NCBI GenBank assembly: GCA_016870195.1
Contig: VGCC01000002.1
Coordinates: 575 to 64,574 of the forward strand
DNA from: Actinomycetota bacterium
GTDB lineage: Bacteria; Actinomycetota; Actinomycetes; S36-B12
Direction of reading: 5' to 3'
DNA: 64,000 nucleotides
Shown piece after piece: positions 34,619 to 44,866 of the stretch; the first letter of the stretch is position 1; each line of letters opens with the position of its first letter. Below the pieces are notes generated by a model, which was given only the letters and a program-made list of their open reading frames with translations, had not been told where the DNA came from and searched no databases. The position numbers were made by a program, and so were the translations under genes.

Positions 34619-35647
34619 TTAGCTTCTGGCCAGGATGGCGTCCTGCACGGCGGGGATGATCTTCTCGCCATAGGCGGCCATTGTGTGGTCCTTGTCGTCG
34701 TGCTGGAGGTACACCGCGAATTGATCGACCCCGAGGGCCTTGAGTTCCTCGAGGCGACGAATGTGATCCTCGGGGGTGCCAATGATGCAGAAGCGGTCCA
34801 CGATCTCGTCCGGTACGAAGTCCGTGTGTGTGTTTCCCACGCGGCCGTGCTCGTTGTAGTCGTATCCCTGACGACCCTTGATGTAGTCGGTGAGTGCCTT
34901 GGGGACGGCTCCAGAGTCACCATACCGCTCCACGATGTCGGCTACGTGGTTTCCGACCATGCCGCCGAACCAGCGCAACTGGTCGCGGGCGTGGGCGTGA
35001 TGCTCGGGAGAGCCGTCGCTGACGTACGCGGGAGCCGCCACGCAGATATACACGTCGTCGGGATTGCGCCCAGCCGCTGTAGCGGACTCGCGAACAGAAG
35101 CGATGGTCCACTCGGCGATGGAGGGATCAGCCAACTGAAGGATGAAGCCATCGCCCACCTCGCCAGCAAGTGCAAGGACCTTGGGACCGTAGGCGGCTAC
35201 CCATACGTCGGCTCGACTATCCAGCGCCCAAGGCAAGCGGAGGCTGTTCCCCTTGTACTCGATGGCATCACCGTTCACCAGACCCTTGATGTCGATTACT
35301 GCCTGGCGCAACTCGGCGACCGATACCGGCTTGCCGTTGGTGACGCGCACAGCGGAGTCGCCACGGCCGATGCCGATGACCGTGCGGTTTCCGTACATCT
35401 CATTCAGCGTCGCGAAGACGGAGGCAGTCACCGTGATGTCGCGCGTTGCCGGGTTGGTGACCATAGGCCCGACGATCACCTTGCGTGTCTCATCGAGGAT
35501 CTTGCTATAGATGACGTAGGGTTCCTCCCACAGGATGTGCGAGTCGAAGGTCCACACGTAGGTGAATCCATACGTCTCAGCGCGCTTGGCGAGGTCGATG
35601 ACTCGAGCGGCAGGGGGGGTGCATTGCATGACGACGCCAATTTCCAT
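34619..35647 (-). CDS. LLM-class F420-dependent oxidoreductase, TIGR03842 type
   Basis: WTFDSHILWEEP, GPMVTNP, GIGRGDSA, RWFGGMVGNH, VYLQHD; start ATG 35647; lies in a hydantoinase/nitrilase cluster. Confidence 0.88.
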   Translation of the reverse strand: MEIGVVMQCTPPAARVIDLAKRAETYGFTYVWTFDSHILWEEPYVIYSKILDETRKVIVGPMVTNPATRDITVTASVFATLNEMYGNRTVIGIGRGDSAVRVTNGKPVSVAELRQAVIDIKGLVNGDAIEYKGNSLRLPWALDSRADVWVAAYGPKVLALAGEVGDGFILQLADPSIAEWTIASVRESATAAGRNPDDVYICVAAPAYVSDGSPEHHAHARDQLRWFGGMVGNHVADIVERYGDSGAVPKALTDYIKGRQGYDYNEHGRVGNTHTDFVPDEIVDRFCIIGTPEDHIRRLEELKALGVDQFAVYLQHDDKDHTMAAYGEKIIPAVQDAILARS

Positions 35648-35675
35648 GAGGGCTCCTGTCTCGGGTAAGTGCTTG

Positions 35676-37163
35676 TCAACGCGTCCGCGGGAAACCAAGA
35701 TCGACCGACGACGTCGCCGGATCGGGCCACCGGGACGTGACCGTCTTAGTGCGGGTGTAGAAGTCGATACCTGCGGGTCCGTACATGTTGGTGTCGCCGA
35801 ACAGCGATGCCTTCCAACCGCCGAAGCTATAGTACGCCACGGGCACGGGTATCGGCACGTTGATGCCCACCATGCCGACCTGGATGTCAAACTGAAACTG
35901 TCGCGCCGCACCACCGTCGCGGGTGAAGATAGTGGTGCCGTTGCCGTACTGGTGGTCGTTGATCAGCTTCACGCCCTCCTCATAGGTTGCGACCCGGGTG
36001 ACCGAGAGGACCGGCCCGAAGATCTCGTCGTCGTAGGCCTTCATGCCGGGCTTAACGTTGTCGATGAGAGAAGGAGCCAGGAAGAACCCTTCCTTCGGAA
36101 GGTCGTTCTCACGCCCGTCCACGACCACGGTCGCGCCCTCACCCGGTGCGCCAGCGACGTACGACGCGACCTTGTCGCGGTGCTCGCGGGTGATGAGCGG
36201 CCCCATCTCGGCATCGGGGTCGGTGCCCGGTCCGACCTTCAACTTGGGCAGCCGTGCGGCGATGGCGTCGACGAGCTTGTCGCCGACGTCGCCGACCGCC
36301 ACGACCACCGAGGTCGCCATGCAGCGCTCGCCGGCGGAGCCATATCCCGCACTTACCGCCGCATTGGCGGCCATGTCAATGTCCGCGTCCGGTAGGACGA
36401 TCATGTGGTTCTTGGCGCCACCAAGCGCCTGGACGCGCTTGCCGTTCGCGGTGCCCGTCGAGTAGATGTACTGGGCGATTGGCGTAGATCCGACGAAGGA
36501 GACCGCCGAGATATCCGAGTGATCCAGGATTCGGTCCACGGCGACCTTATCACCGTGGACCACGTTGAAGACACCATCGGGCAACCCGGCCCGCTTCAGC
36601 AATTGGGCCATGAGCAAGGACACCGAAGGATCCTTCTCACTCGGCTTGAGGATGAAGGTGTTACCGGTGGCGATCGCATTCGCGAACATCCACATCGGCA
36701 CCATGGCCGGGAAGTTGAAGGGCGTGATGCCCGCGACTACGCCGAGGGGCTGACGGATTGAGTAGACGTCGACACCCGTGGATGCCTGCTCGGAGAAGTT
36801 TCCCTTCATCAACTGCGGAATTCCGCAGGCGAATTCGATGTTCTCGATTCCGCGCGCCAACTCACCGGCTGCATCCGAGGGGACCTTGCCATGCTCGGAG
36901 GACACCAGGTCAGCGATCTCGTCGCGGTGCGAGACCACGAGCTCGTGGAATCGGAACATGATCTCTGCACGGCGGGACAAAGAAGCGGACCGCCATATGG
37001 CGAAGGCCTCCTTAGCCGTCGCTACCGCGGTGTCGATGTCGGCAACTGTGGCGAAGCCCACCTGAGCCTGCTGTTCGCCGGTAGCCGGATTGAACACCGA
37101 TCCGAAGTACCCGGAGGTCGCCGGGACTTCCTTGCCGCCGATCCAGTGATTGATGGTGCGCAC
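35676..37163 (-). CDS. mmsA: CoA-acylating (methyl)malonate-semialdehyde dehydrogenase
   Basis: PFNFPAMVP, KPSEKDP, SFVGST, GGAKNH, GSAGERCMA, VPIPVP. Confidence 0.93.
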   Translation of the reverse strand: MRTINHWIGGKEVPATSGYFGSVFNPATGEQQAQVGFATVADIDTAVATAKEAFAIWRSASLSRRAEIMFRFHELVVSHRDEIADLVSSEHGKVPSDAAGELARGIENIEFACGIPQLMKGNFSEQASTGVDVYSIRQPLGVVAGITPFNFPAMVPMWMFANAIATGNTFILKPSEKDPSVSLLMAQLLKRAGLPDGVFNVVHGDKVAVDRILDHSDISAVSFVGSTPIAQYIYSTGTANGKRVQALGGAKNHMIVLPDADIDMAANAAVSAGYGSAGERCMATSVVVAVGDVGDKLVDAIAARLPKLKVGPGTDPDAEMGPLITREHRDKVASYVAGAPGEGATVVVDGRENDLPKEGFFLAPSLIDNVKPGMKAYDDEIFGPVLSVTRVATYEEGVKLINDHQYGNGTTIFTRDGGAARQFQFDIQVGMVGINVPIPVPVAYYSFGGWKASLFGDTNMYGPAGIDFYTRTKTVTSRWPDPATSSVDLGFPRTR

Positions 37164-37233
37164 CTTCTTGCTCCCTTATCTCGCTTGTCTGCCGCTGCCG
37201 ATCTGATCGACCCACCGATTCGATTCCCGCTGC

Positions 37234-38652
37234 CTAGATCAGGTACTGGTTCATACCCCGTTTGAGGTACTTGCCGTGACCGTCGGAGCCGATGTACTTA
37301 TTGTCGTCCACGATCACCGTGCCGCGGGAGATCACCGTGTCGACGTGCCCGTCGATGTTGAATCCCTCCCAAGCCGAATGATCCATGTTCATGTGATGGG
37401 TCTTCTCGTGGCCGATCTCCGTGCGCCCGTCCGGGTTGTAGATTACGATGTCGGCGTCCGAGCCGGGGGCGATGACGCCTTTGCGTGGGTAGAGGCCGAA
37501 CATACGAGCAGGTGTGGTCGCGGTGATCTCCACCCAACGCGCCAGGGTGATCTGACCGTCCACCACGCCTTGGTAGATCAGGTCCATGCGGTGCTCGACC
37601 GATCCGATGCCGTTGGGGATCTTGGAGAAGTCGCCGACACCCAACTCCTTTTGCTCCTTCATGCAGAAGGGGCAGTGATCCGTAGAGACGATCGACAGGT
37701 CGTTGGTGCGCAGATAGCGCCACAACTCCTGCTGGTGACGCTCGGCCTTGGAGCGCAGCGGCGTGGAGCAGACCCACTTGGCACCTTCGAAGCCGGGCTG
37801 GGACAGGTGCTCTTCCAGTGACAGGTAGAGGTATTGTGGACAGGTCTCTCCGAACACGTTCCACGCTTCGTCGCGCGCCTGCTGGACCACGTTCACCGCC
37901 TGCTTGGCGGACATGTGCACGATGTACAACGGCGTGCCTGTCATCTTCGCGAGCATTATCGCCCGGTTGGTGGCTTCCGCTTCGGTCTCCCAGGGGCGGG
38001 TGAGGCTGTGGTACCTCGGGTCCGTCTTACCCTCGGCTAGTGCCTGCTGCACTAGGACGTCGATCGCGATGCCGTTCTCGGCGTGCATCATGATCGTCGA
38101 ACCGTTCTTTGCGGCCGTTTGCATGGCGCGCAGGATCTGGCCGTCATCGCTGTAAAAGACCCCCGGGTAAGCCATGAACAACTTGAAGCTCGTGATTCCC
38201 TCATCGACGAGTTCGTCCATCGCCTTCAAGGAATCGTCGTCGACACCACCGATGATCTGGTGAAAGCTGTAGTCGATCGCGCACTGTCCGTCGGCTTTGG
38301 CGTGCCACGCTGCGAGGGCATCTTGAACGCGCTCACCGAACTTTTGCACGGCGAAGTCGATGATCGTGGTCGTCCCGCCCCAGGCTGCTGCGCGGGTACC
38401 CGTCGCGAAGGTGTCCGAGGCGAAGGTGCCACCGAACGGCAACTCCATATGCGTGTGGACGTCCACTCCACCGGGGATGACGTACTTACCCCGGGCATCG
38501 AAGACCTTATCGACAGTGGCCTCCAGGTTCGCACCGAGTGAGGTATCTCCAGGAGCGATGACGGCAGCGATCGTCTCACCGTCAATGAGGACGTCGGCCT
38601 GGATCGCTCCAGTCGACAAGACGACGCTGCCGTTCTTGATGAGGATGGTCAT
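37234..38652 (-). CDS. hydA: Dihydropyrimidinase (hydantoinase)
   Basis: PGGVDVHTH, GGTTTIIDF, SFKLFMAY, HAENG, STDHCPF; start ATG 38652. Confidence 0.94.
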   Translation of the reverse strand: MTILIKNGSVVLSTGAIQADVLIDGETIAAVIAPGDTSLGANLEATVDKVFDARGKYVIPGGVDVHTHMELPFGGTFASDTFATGTRAAAWGGTTTIIDFAVQKFGERVQDALAAWHAKADGQCAIDYSFHQIIGGVDDDSLKAMDELVDEGITSFKLFMAYPGVFYSDDGQILRAMQTAAKNGSTIMMHAENGIAIDVLVQQALAEGKTDPRYHSLTRPWETEAEATNRAIMLAKMTGTPLYIVHMSAKQAVNVVQQARDEAWNVFGETCPQYLYLSLEEHLSQPGFEGAKWVCSTPLRSKAERHQQELWRYLRTNDLSIVSTDHCPFCMKEQKELGVGDFSKIPNGIGSVEHRMDLIYQGVVDGQITLARWVEITATTPARMFGLYPRKGVIAPGSDADIVIYNPDGRTEIGHEKTHHMNMDHSAWEGFNIDGHVDTVISRGTVIVDDNKYIGSDGHGKYLKRGMNQYLI

Positions 38653-38687
38653 AGGTACCCCCTTTATACGCTCTGGCTGCCGGATAT

Positions 38688-39524
38688 CTATGGTCGAACC
38701 AGATCGTCGTACGCATCCGGACGACGATCCCGGTAGAAGGCCCACCGATTACGTACCGTGGTTATGAGGTCCATGTCCAGGTCCCGAACGATGAGTTCGG
38801 ACTTGTAGGGGTCGCCCTTGTTGCCCACGTAGTTTCCCTCGGGGTCGACGAAGTAGGACTGTCCATAAAAGTCGTCGTCGCCTAGGGGCTCGATCCCCAC
38901 GCGATTGATGGCGCCCACGTAGTACTCGTTGGCGACGGCTGCCGCAGGCTGCTCGATGCTCCACAGGTATTGGGACAGTCCACGCGAGGTGGCCGACGGA
39001 TTGAACACGATCTGGGCACCGTTGAGTCCGAGCGCACGCCAACCCTCGGGGAAATGGCGGTCGTAGCAGATGTACACGCCAATTTTACCGACCGCGGTAT
39101 CGAAGACGGGGTAGCCACCGTTGCCAGGGCGGAAATAGAACTTTTCCCAGAAGCCGTTGACGTGCGGGATGTGCTGCTTGCGGTACTTGCCTAGGTAGGA
39201 GCCATCGGCGTCGAGTATGGCCGCGGCGTTGTAGAGGAACCCTGGCCCGGCGTCCTCATACACCGGCAGTACCACCACCATCTGTAGTTCTCGCGCGAGA
39301 GCCTGGAAGCGCTCAACGATCGGGCCGGGTACCGCTTCGGCGAACTCGTAGAACTTGGTGTCTTGCACCTGGCAGAAGTACGGGCCGTAAAACAGTTCTT
39401 GGAAGCAGATCACCTGAGCACCTTGCTTGGCCGCCTCGCGAGCGAACTCCTCGTGCTTTACGATCATGGACTCCTTGTCACCGGTCCAGTCGGTTTGAAC
39501 CAGGGCGGCTTTAACGACGCTCAT
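38688..39524 (-). CDS. Nitrilase-family beta-ureidopropionase
   Basis: CFQELFYGPYFC, YRKQHIP, FWEKFYF, ICYDRHFPEGWR (E-K-C triad); next to hydA. Confidence 0.9.
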   Translation of the reverse strand: MSVVKAALVQTDWTGDKESMIVKHEEFAREAAKQGAQVICFQELFYGPYFCQVQDTKFYEFAEAVPGPIVERFQALARELQMVVVLPVYEDAGPGFLYNAAAILDADGSYLGKYRKQHIPHVNGFWEKFYFRPGNGGYPVFDTAVGKIGVYICYDRHFPEGWRALGLNGAQIVFNPSATSRGLSQYLWSIEQPAAAVANEYYVGAINRVGIEPLGDDDFYGQSYFVDPEGNYVGNKGDPYKSELIVRDLDMDLITTVRNRWAFYRDRRPDAYDDLVRP

Positions 39525-39569
39525 GGATCCTCCAGGTCGAGGTGGCTGCTGATGATTCGTTGACCACCA

Positions 39570-39660
39570 TGTTCTACGTCAGTCTAGACAAAACCTGTTG
39601 TGCTTCGCTTGGTTCGGATACAATTGTCTTCCTAGGCCTGGCGATCTCGCAGCCAGGCCT
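39570..39660. promoter_or_regulatory. Divergent promoter region with palindromes
   Basis: TGTTCTA-n7-CTAGACA (39570-39590), ACAATTGT (39620-39627) overlapping TACAAT, and a perfect 9-bp inverted repeat AGGCCTGGC/GCCAGGCCT (39634-39660). Confidence 0.5.
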
Positions 39661-39691
39661 CGGTCACCTGTACTAGCTCATCGGAGGCGCG

Positions 39692-41098
39692 ATGACTCTG
39701 GCACCGGACCAGAGTGCGCGAGTCACGGACCCGGCTGTCACCGCAAGCGTGCGTGACGCGGTCTCGGAACCGTCCCCGAGGGGGATCGCCGCCGCCGTCA
39801 ACCGGCTCATCCGTGCAGATCGCCTAAAGGTCGGGGTCCGACTTCCCACGGTGCGCGACCTGGCGGCCGAACTCGGTGTGAGTCCGGCAACTGTCAGTGA
39901 GGCGTGGCAGGCGCTCAGCGCCGTGGGGGCCATCGAGTCCCGGGGTCGGGCCGGCACCTTCGTTCGGAGCAGCGCCGAGCCGAGCAGGCCGGTCCGCTAC
40001 CTGAGTGTCGGGATGGCGCCGAGCGTGGGAGGCCTCGACCTGTCTACGAGCATGCCTGATCCGGCCTTGTTGCCATCGTTGGATTCGTGCCTGCGCTCGG
40101 TGACGTGGACTGCGCTGCAGTGGACGACGAGCTACCTGGATGACCCGGTCATACCGGAGCTACAGGCGAAATTCCTCGAAACGTGGCCCTATCGACCCGA
40201 GCGCATGGTGACCGTCGACGGAGCGCTCGACGGTCTCTCCCGGGTCATCGACCAGGTGGTGAGTATCGGTGATCGGGTGGTCGTGGAGGACCCGGGTTTC
40301 CCCGCGCTGCTGGATCTCCTCGACTCACGCGGAGCGGAAATCATCCCGGTGGAGATGGACGGTCAGGGGATCCTGCCGGAGGCCTTGGCCCGCGCCCTAG
40401 CAGGGGAGCCCGTCGCCACCTTCTTGCACTCCCGGGCGCAGAATCCGACCGGCGCAGCACTGACTGAGGGCCGACGCTCGCAGCTGGCGGCGGTGCTGTC
40501 GGCAAGCAGGGCGGTGGTCGTCGAAGCCGATCACTCGGGCATGATCGCTCAGGCGCCGGAGATTTCTTTGGGATCCGAACTCCCGGATCGCACGGTGCAC
40601 GTGCGCAGTTACTCCAAGTCTCACGGCCCCGACCTTCGGCTCGCCGCGTTGAGCGGCCCGGCGCACATCGTCGATCCACTCATGGCTCGTCGAATGTTGG
40701 GACCGGGGTGGACGAGTCGCATCCTGCAGTCGCTGCTGCTGGCGCTGCTGGACGATCCCGAGGCCCAGGAGTGCGTAGCGCGAGCGCGGTCCATCTACCG
40801 GGATCGCAGGGAGATGTTGTCCGGATTGCTGGAAAAGCACGGATTGCACGTGCACCCCGGCGATGGCGTTAACCTCTGGGTTGGTGTCGAGGATGAGCGG
40901 TCTGCGTTGTTGACCCTCGCGGCGGCCGGAATACGGGTAGCCCCCGGAAGTCCCTTCAGTGTCAAGCCAAGGGGAGTCGCGCATGTGCGCGTTACTTCGG
41001 CGCTCATGCCCGACGACGCAGACGAACAGGCGATTATCGCCGGCCACATCGCAGTAGCGGCACGTGTCACGCCCAGCCCACGGGGCGGAGTCTCCTGA
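39692..41098 (+). CDS. MocR/GabR family PLP-binding GntR regulator
   Basis: RLPTVRDLAAELGVSPATV HTH plus aminotransferase-like domain (VEDPGF, QNPTG, SYSKS). Confidence 0.92.
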   Translation: MTLAPDQSARVTDPAVTASVRDAVSEPSPRGIAAAVNRLIRADRLKVGVRLPTVRDLAAELGVSPATVSEAWQALSAVGAIESRGRAGTFVRSSAEPSRPVRYLSVGMAPSVGGLDLSTSMPDPALLPSLDSCLRSVTWTALQWTTSYLDDPVIPELQAKFLETWPYRPERMVTVDGALDGLSRVIDQVVSIGDRVVVEDPGFPALLDLLDSRGAEIIPVEMDGQGILPEALARALAGEPVATFLHSRAQNPTGAALTEGRRSQLAAVLSASRAVVVEADHSGMIAQAPEISLGSELPDRTVHVRSYSKSHGPDLRLAALSGPAHIVDPLMARRMLGPGWTSRILQSLLLALLDDPEAQECVARARSIYRDRREMLSGLLEKHGLHVHPGDGVNLWVGVEDERSALLTLAAAGIRVAPGSPFSVKPRGVAHVRVTSALMPDDADEQAIIAGHIAVAARVTPSPRGGVS

Positions 41099-41127
41099 CG
41101 TGCAGGTCCGTGATGTGGGATGGTCCC

Positions 41128-42486
41128 ATGGGTGACCTGGCCCTGCACGGTGCATCCGCATTGGTGACCGATTGGCGCACTCCACCTTTGATGGACGGGT
41201 GGCTGCTTGTGTCCGATGGCAAGGTTCAGGCCAGCGGCTCGGGTACGCCTCCGCATGCCTCGGAATCGATCGATGCCTCCTCCATGATCGTGGTGCCAGG
41301 TTTCGTTGCTGCTCATCACCACCTGTATCAAGGCGTCGCACGTGGCGTCCACGTCGAAGGCGGGTTGATCGATTGGCTTGACGTCCATTACCGAGCCTGG
41401 TCGAAGATGACGGCCGATGACGTCCGGGTCGGTGCCCTGGTGTCTGCTTCGTTGGCCGCGTTGGGTGGATGCACCACCGTCGCAGGTTTCGAGTACGTCC
41501 ATCCGCCCTCGGAGGATTTCGTCACCCCGGTGGTCGAATCCGTCGATCGAGTCGGTATCCGTCTGCTCTACGTCCGCGGGTGTGCACCGCGATTGGAGGG
41601 ACCGCTTGGCGAGCGCTTGGCAAACCAGGGAGTCGACATCACTCGCTTGGTCGAGCCGGAGTCCGTCGCATTATCGCGAACCGCGGAGGTGCTCGCTGGG
41701 CCCACGCATGAGCGATTGCGTTGGGCGGCCGGCCCGACCACACCGGTAGTCGACGACGACGGCGATTTCCATCGTGCGTTGGATGAGATCGCTCAAGGGG
41801 CAGGTACTTGGCTGCATACGCATTTCCATCCGATTCCGGGTACGCGCGTGTCCGGGGAGTCCGCCTTTGACATGGCTGCGCGGGTGGGTTTGGTTCGCAA
41901 GGGGAATTGGCTCGCACATGGGTCGCGCCTGACTTCGGAAGATGTCGCGCGCTTCGGTCACAACGGCATGGGTGTCGTGCACAACCCCAGTTGCAGTGCT
42001 CTCTTGGGTTATCCGACGCCTCCACTAGCGCAGTGGATGGCGGGCAACGACCGCATCGCCATTAGTGTCGATGGAGCAGCGTCCAATGATCGCGGCGGCA
42101 TGCTCGCCGAAACCCAATTGGCCTGGCAGATGCAACGAGCTCGCTTCGGCGCAGAAGTGGAGGCGGCGTGTGGACCGGAGGCGATCCTCGATGCAGCCAC
42201 CCGGGGGGCAGCGCGGGCCATCAACTGGGAGGGATTGGGAACCCTCACCGTGGGAAGCACGGCGGACATCGCCGCCTGGAGTCTGGCCGACATGGGTTTC
42301 GCCGGGAGTCCCGCGTCGGCGCAAACCACCCCCCAGTGGCTCGTGTTCCGGTGCTTTGCGGGGGCGAATGCGTCCCATGTCTTGGTGGGCGGTGACCCGG
42401 TGGTGGTCGGGGGGCGACTGGTGCACGTGGAGACACAGCAGTTGATTCAACAGTCGCGCCATACGGCAACTCGGTTGTATGGATGA
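41128..42486 (+). CDS. Metal-dependent amidohydrolase (8-oxoguanine deaminase/AtzB-like), atypical
   Basis: PGFVAAHHHLYQ, GCTT, WLAHG, VDGAASND; the usual HxxE reads HFHP. Start is 41110 or 41128. Confidence 0.8.
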   Translation: MGDLALHGASALVTDWRTPPLMDGWLLVSDGKVQASGSGTPPHASESIDASSMIVVPGFVAAHHHLYQGVARGVHVEGGLIDWLDVHYRAWSKMTADDVRVGALVSASLAALGGCTTVAGFEYVHPPSEDFVTPVVESVDRVGIRLLYVRGCAPRLEGPLGERLANQGVDITRLVEPESVALSRTAEVLAGPTHERLRWAAGPTTPVVDDDGDFHRALDEIAQGAGTWLHTHFHPIPGTRVSGESAFDMAARVGLVRKGNWLAHGSRLTSEDVARFGHNGMGVVHNPSCSALLGYPTPPLAQWMAGNDRIAISVDGAASNDRGGMLAETQLAWQMQRARFGAEVEAACGPEAILDAATRGAARAINWEGLGTLTVGSTADIAAWSLADMGFAGSPASAQTTPQWLVFRCFAGANASHVLVGGDPVVVGGRLVHVETQQLIQQSRHTATRLYG

Positions 42487-43177
42487 AAATGTCGAGCGAA
42501 AGGTGACAACAGTTATGGATCCTTATTCCGGGCGCAGACTCTTCGGTCGACCGCTGGTCGTGGAACCGCAAGCGACGGCGGTCCTCGTGATCGACATGCT
42601 CAACGACTTCTGTGAGCGGGAGGGCGTTCTTGGAAACCCCCAAGCGCTCGCCCTATGCGACAACCAGAATCGGATTTTGGCGGCCGTGCGCGATAAGGCC
42701 GGAACGGTCGTCTTCGTCAACGAGCAGCATCGGACGAATCTGGCTCCAACGCGTGCGTTCGCTCAGCAAATGACCCACACCTACGAAAACACGTGGGGCG
42801 CCGAGGTAGTCGAGCCGCTGACCGCCGGCGAAGGGGATCTCTCGGTCATCAAGCGCCGGTATTCCGGATTCTTCCAGTCGGATCTAGATTTGGTCCTCAG
42901 AGACAGGGTCGTTCGCACGGTCGTGCTACTGGGTGTTCTGACGAACATCTGCGTTCGGGCAACGGCGCACGACGCCTTTTTCCTAGGGTACAACGTCGTC
43001 GTGCCGGAGGACGGCGTCGGCGCGATGTCCCAGATGGAGCAGCTCGCGAGCCTGTACGACATCGCCACCCATTTCGGATGGGTCTGCGACACGTCGGCGG
43101 TATGTGCAGCGCTGACGGACGGCCAACCGATCGAGAACTCCGATGTGACGCTCGGCTCACGCTTGACCAGCGTCTAA
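42479..43177 (+). CDS. Isochorismatase-family cysteine hydrolase (RutB/carbamoyl amidase-like)
   Basis: VIDMLNDF, KRRYSGF, GVLTNICV (D-K-C triad). Confidence 0.88.
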   Translation: MDENVERKVTTVMDPYSGRRLFGRPLVVEPQATAVLVIDMLNDFCEREGVLGNPQALALCDNQNRILAAVRDKAGTVVFVNEQHRTNLAPTRAFAQQMTHTYENTWGAEVVEPLTAGEGDLSVIKRRYSGFFQSDLDLVLRDRVVRTVVLLGVLTNICVRATAHDAFFLGYNVVVPEDGVGAMSQMEQLASLYDIATHFGWVCDTSAVCAALTDGQPIENSDVTLGSRLTSV

Positions 43178-44109
43178 GCCTCGCCGGTGATGGCTCGTCG
43201 AGGGTTGTCGTCGAAGAGGCGGGACAGCTCGTCGCCACTGAAGCCGCGTTCGACCAACGACTGGGCGAACTCACCATGGGTAAAGGAATAACCAGGGCCT
43301 CCGTACCTTTGTAAGTCACCCTTGACGCAGCAATCTGTGCTCATGAGCACTCTGTCCAGGTAGCCATCGCGCGCGGCGTCTTGGAGTAGGTTCCTGCGGC
43401 GGTCCACTTCCCAGGGTCGCAATTGGTGGACGAGGTCCCAGCCTTGAATGCGGTCGTAGGAGAGCCAGACACCGAGATCGACGGCTTGCCGTTGAACCGA
43501 GGAGTCGAAAATCGAATCCATGTGACAGAAGACCACCCGGTGCGGGTCGACGCCTTCCTCCTTGAGGATGCGCAGTGCGGCTGGACCGCTGAAGACGCGT
43601 TGCTGGTGGATGAAGATCGTCAAGTGGGTGGCCGCATGCGCACGCGCAACGGCGCGCAGGACTCGTTCTTCGCGGGCATCCACGAATTCGCCCGCGACAC
43701 CGATCTCACCGATCACTCCCGGACGGACGCCGTGCTCTCCCACCTCGATGTCCTTGATCAGGAACTGCGCGAGTTCGTCCGTCGAGGCCTCGTTGATCAT
43801 TGCCGGATAGGTCTTGTGGATGTACCAGCCGGTGCCCATGATGATGTTCACGCCGGATCGCTCAGACAGTGTCCTGAGGGCCGCCGGATCCCTGCCGAGA
43901 TCGAACGTCGTGAGATCGACGACCGAGCGGGTTCCGACGTCGCGAGCGTCCGACAATTCCAGAAGCGCTATCTGGGGATCGGCCAGGTACATTCCCGGGC
44001 TGTCGTACGCTACGGTGAAGAAGTGTTCGTGCGCAAGGGTGCGCCCCAGGTCGGTCGGGGAGATCGGACCCGTCACCGTTTGCACCGTTGACAGCACGGT
44101 CCTAGCCAA
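43174..44109 (-). CDS. Phosphotriesterase-homology (PHP-like) hydrolase
   Basis: VQTVTGPI, AHEH, GVIGEIG, CHMD, MSTD, DNPRR. Confidence 0.88.
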   Translation of the reverse strand: MARTVLSTVQTVTGPISPTDLGRTLAHEHFFTVAYDSPGMYLADPQIALLELSDARDVGTRSVVDLTTFDLGRDPAALRTLSERSGVNIIMGTGWYIHKTYPAMINEASTDELAQFLIKDIEVGEHGVRPGVIGEIGVAGEFVDAREERVLRAVARAHAATHLTIFIHQQRVFSGPAALRILKEEGVDPHRVVFCHMDSIFDSSVQRQAVDLGVWLSYDRIQGWDLVHQLRPWEVDRRRNLLQDAARDGYLDRVLMSTDCCVKGDLQRYGGPGYSFTHGEFAQSLVERGFSGDELSRLFDDNPRRAITGEA

Positions 44110-44866
44110 CGATCACTCCACCATCAACCGTGATGGTTTGGCCGGTCACCATCGAGGCGCCATCGGAGGCCAGAAACCGAACAGCTCCCACCATATCTTC
44201 GGCTTCCAGAAGTCGGCGCACACTTTGCGCATCGAGAATCTCCCGTTCCAGTCGGGCAACTTCCTCTGCAGAGCCCATGTTCCTGGTGGCTGGAGTGATC
44301 GTGTACCCGGGAGCGACGCAGTTCACCGTGATGTTCGTGCCGGCAAATTCCCGTGACATGGCATTTGTCAGCGCCCAGACAGCACCCTTGGATGTCACGT
44401 AGTGCAGGAAGTTCGTCTTGCCCATGAAGACCACGTTGCTGGAAATATTGATGATGCGTCCGAAATTCTGTTGGCGCATGTGCGGGGCGACGGCTGAGCA
44501 CGTCAGCCACACGCCCTTAACGTTCACGTTCATCGAACGATCCCAGTCGCTCTCAGGAATCTTGTCGAAGGGTTGGAAGGTCAAACCCTCGTAGAAGGCG
44601 GCGTTATTCACCAGGACGTCAATTTGGCCGAACGCAGCAAGAGTCTCCTGCACCGCGGCGTCCACCTGCGCTTTGTTCGTGACATCCACTCGTCGGCCGA
44701 TGACCGCTCCGGATTTACTGGAGATCTCTTCGGCCACCGGCGCCGGATCGCAGATATCGAAGATCGCGACGTTGGCTCCTGCTTCGGCGAACGATTCGAC
44801 GTATGCACGCCCGATTCCTTGTGATCCTCCGGTGACGACGATGACTCGGTTGTCGAACTCACTCAT
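44102..44866 (-). CDS. SDR family oxidoreductase
   Basis: TGGSQGIG, NNAA, YVTSKG, VAPG. Confidence 0.92.
   Translation of the reverse strand: MSEFDNRVIVVTGGSQGIGRAYVESFAEAGANVAIFDICDPAPVAEEISSKSGAVIGRRVDVTNKAQVDAAVQETLAAFGQIDVLVNNAAFYEGLTFQPFDKIPESDWDRSMNVNVKGVWLTCSAVAPHMRQQNFGRIINISSNVVFMGKTNFLHYVTSKGAVWALTNAMSREFAGTNITVNCVAPGYTITPATRNMGSAEEVARLEREILDAQSVRRLLEAEDMVGAVRFLASDGASMVTGQTITVDGGVIVG

Noticed and set aside
43174-44109. Organophosphate hydrolase or quorum-quenching lactonase
   Set aside because: Has the Glu-type GVIGEIG bridge of PHP-like proteins rather than the carboxylated Lys; no contextual support.
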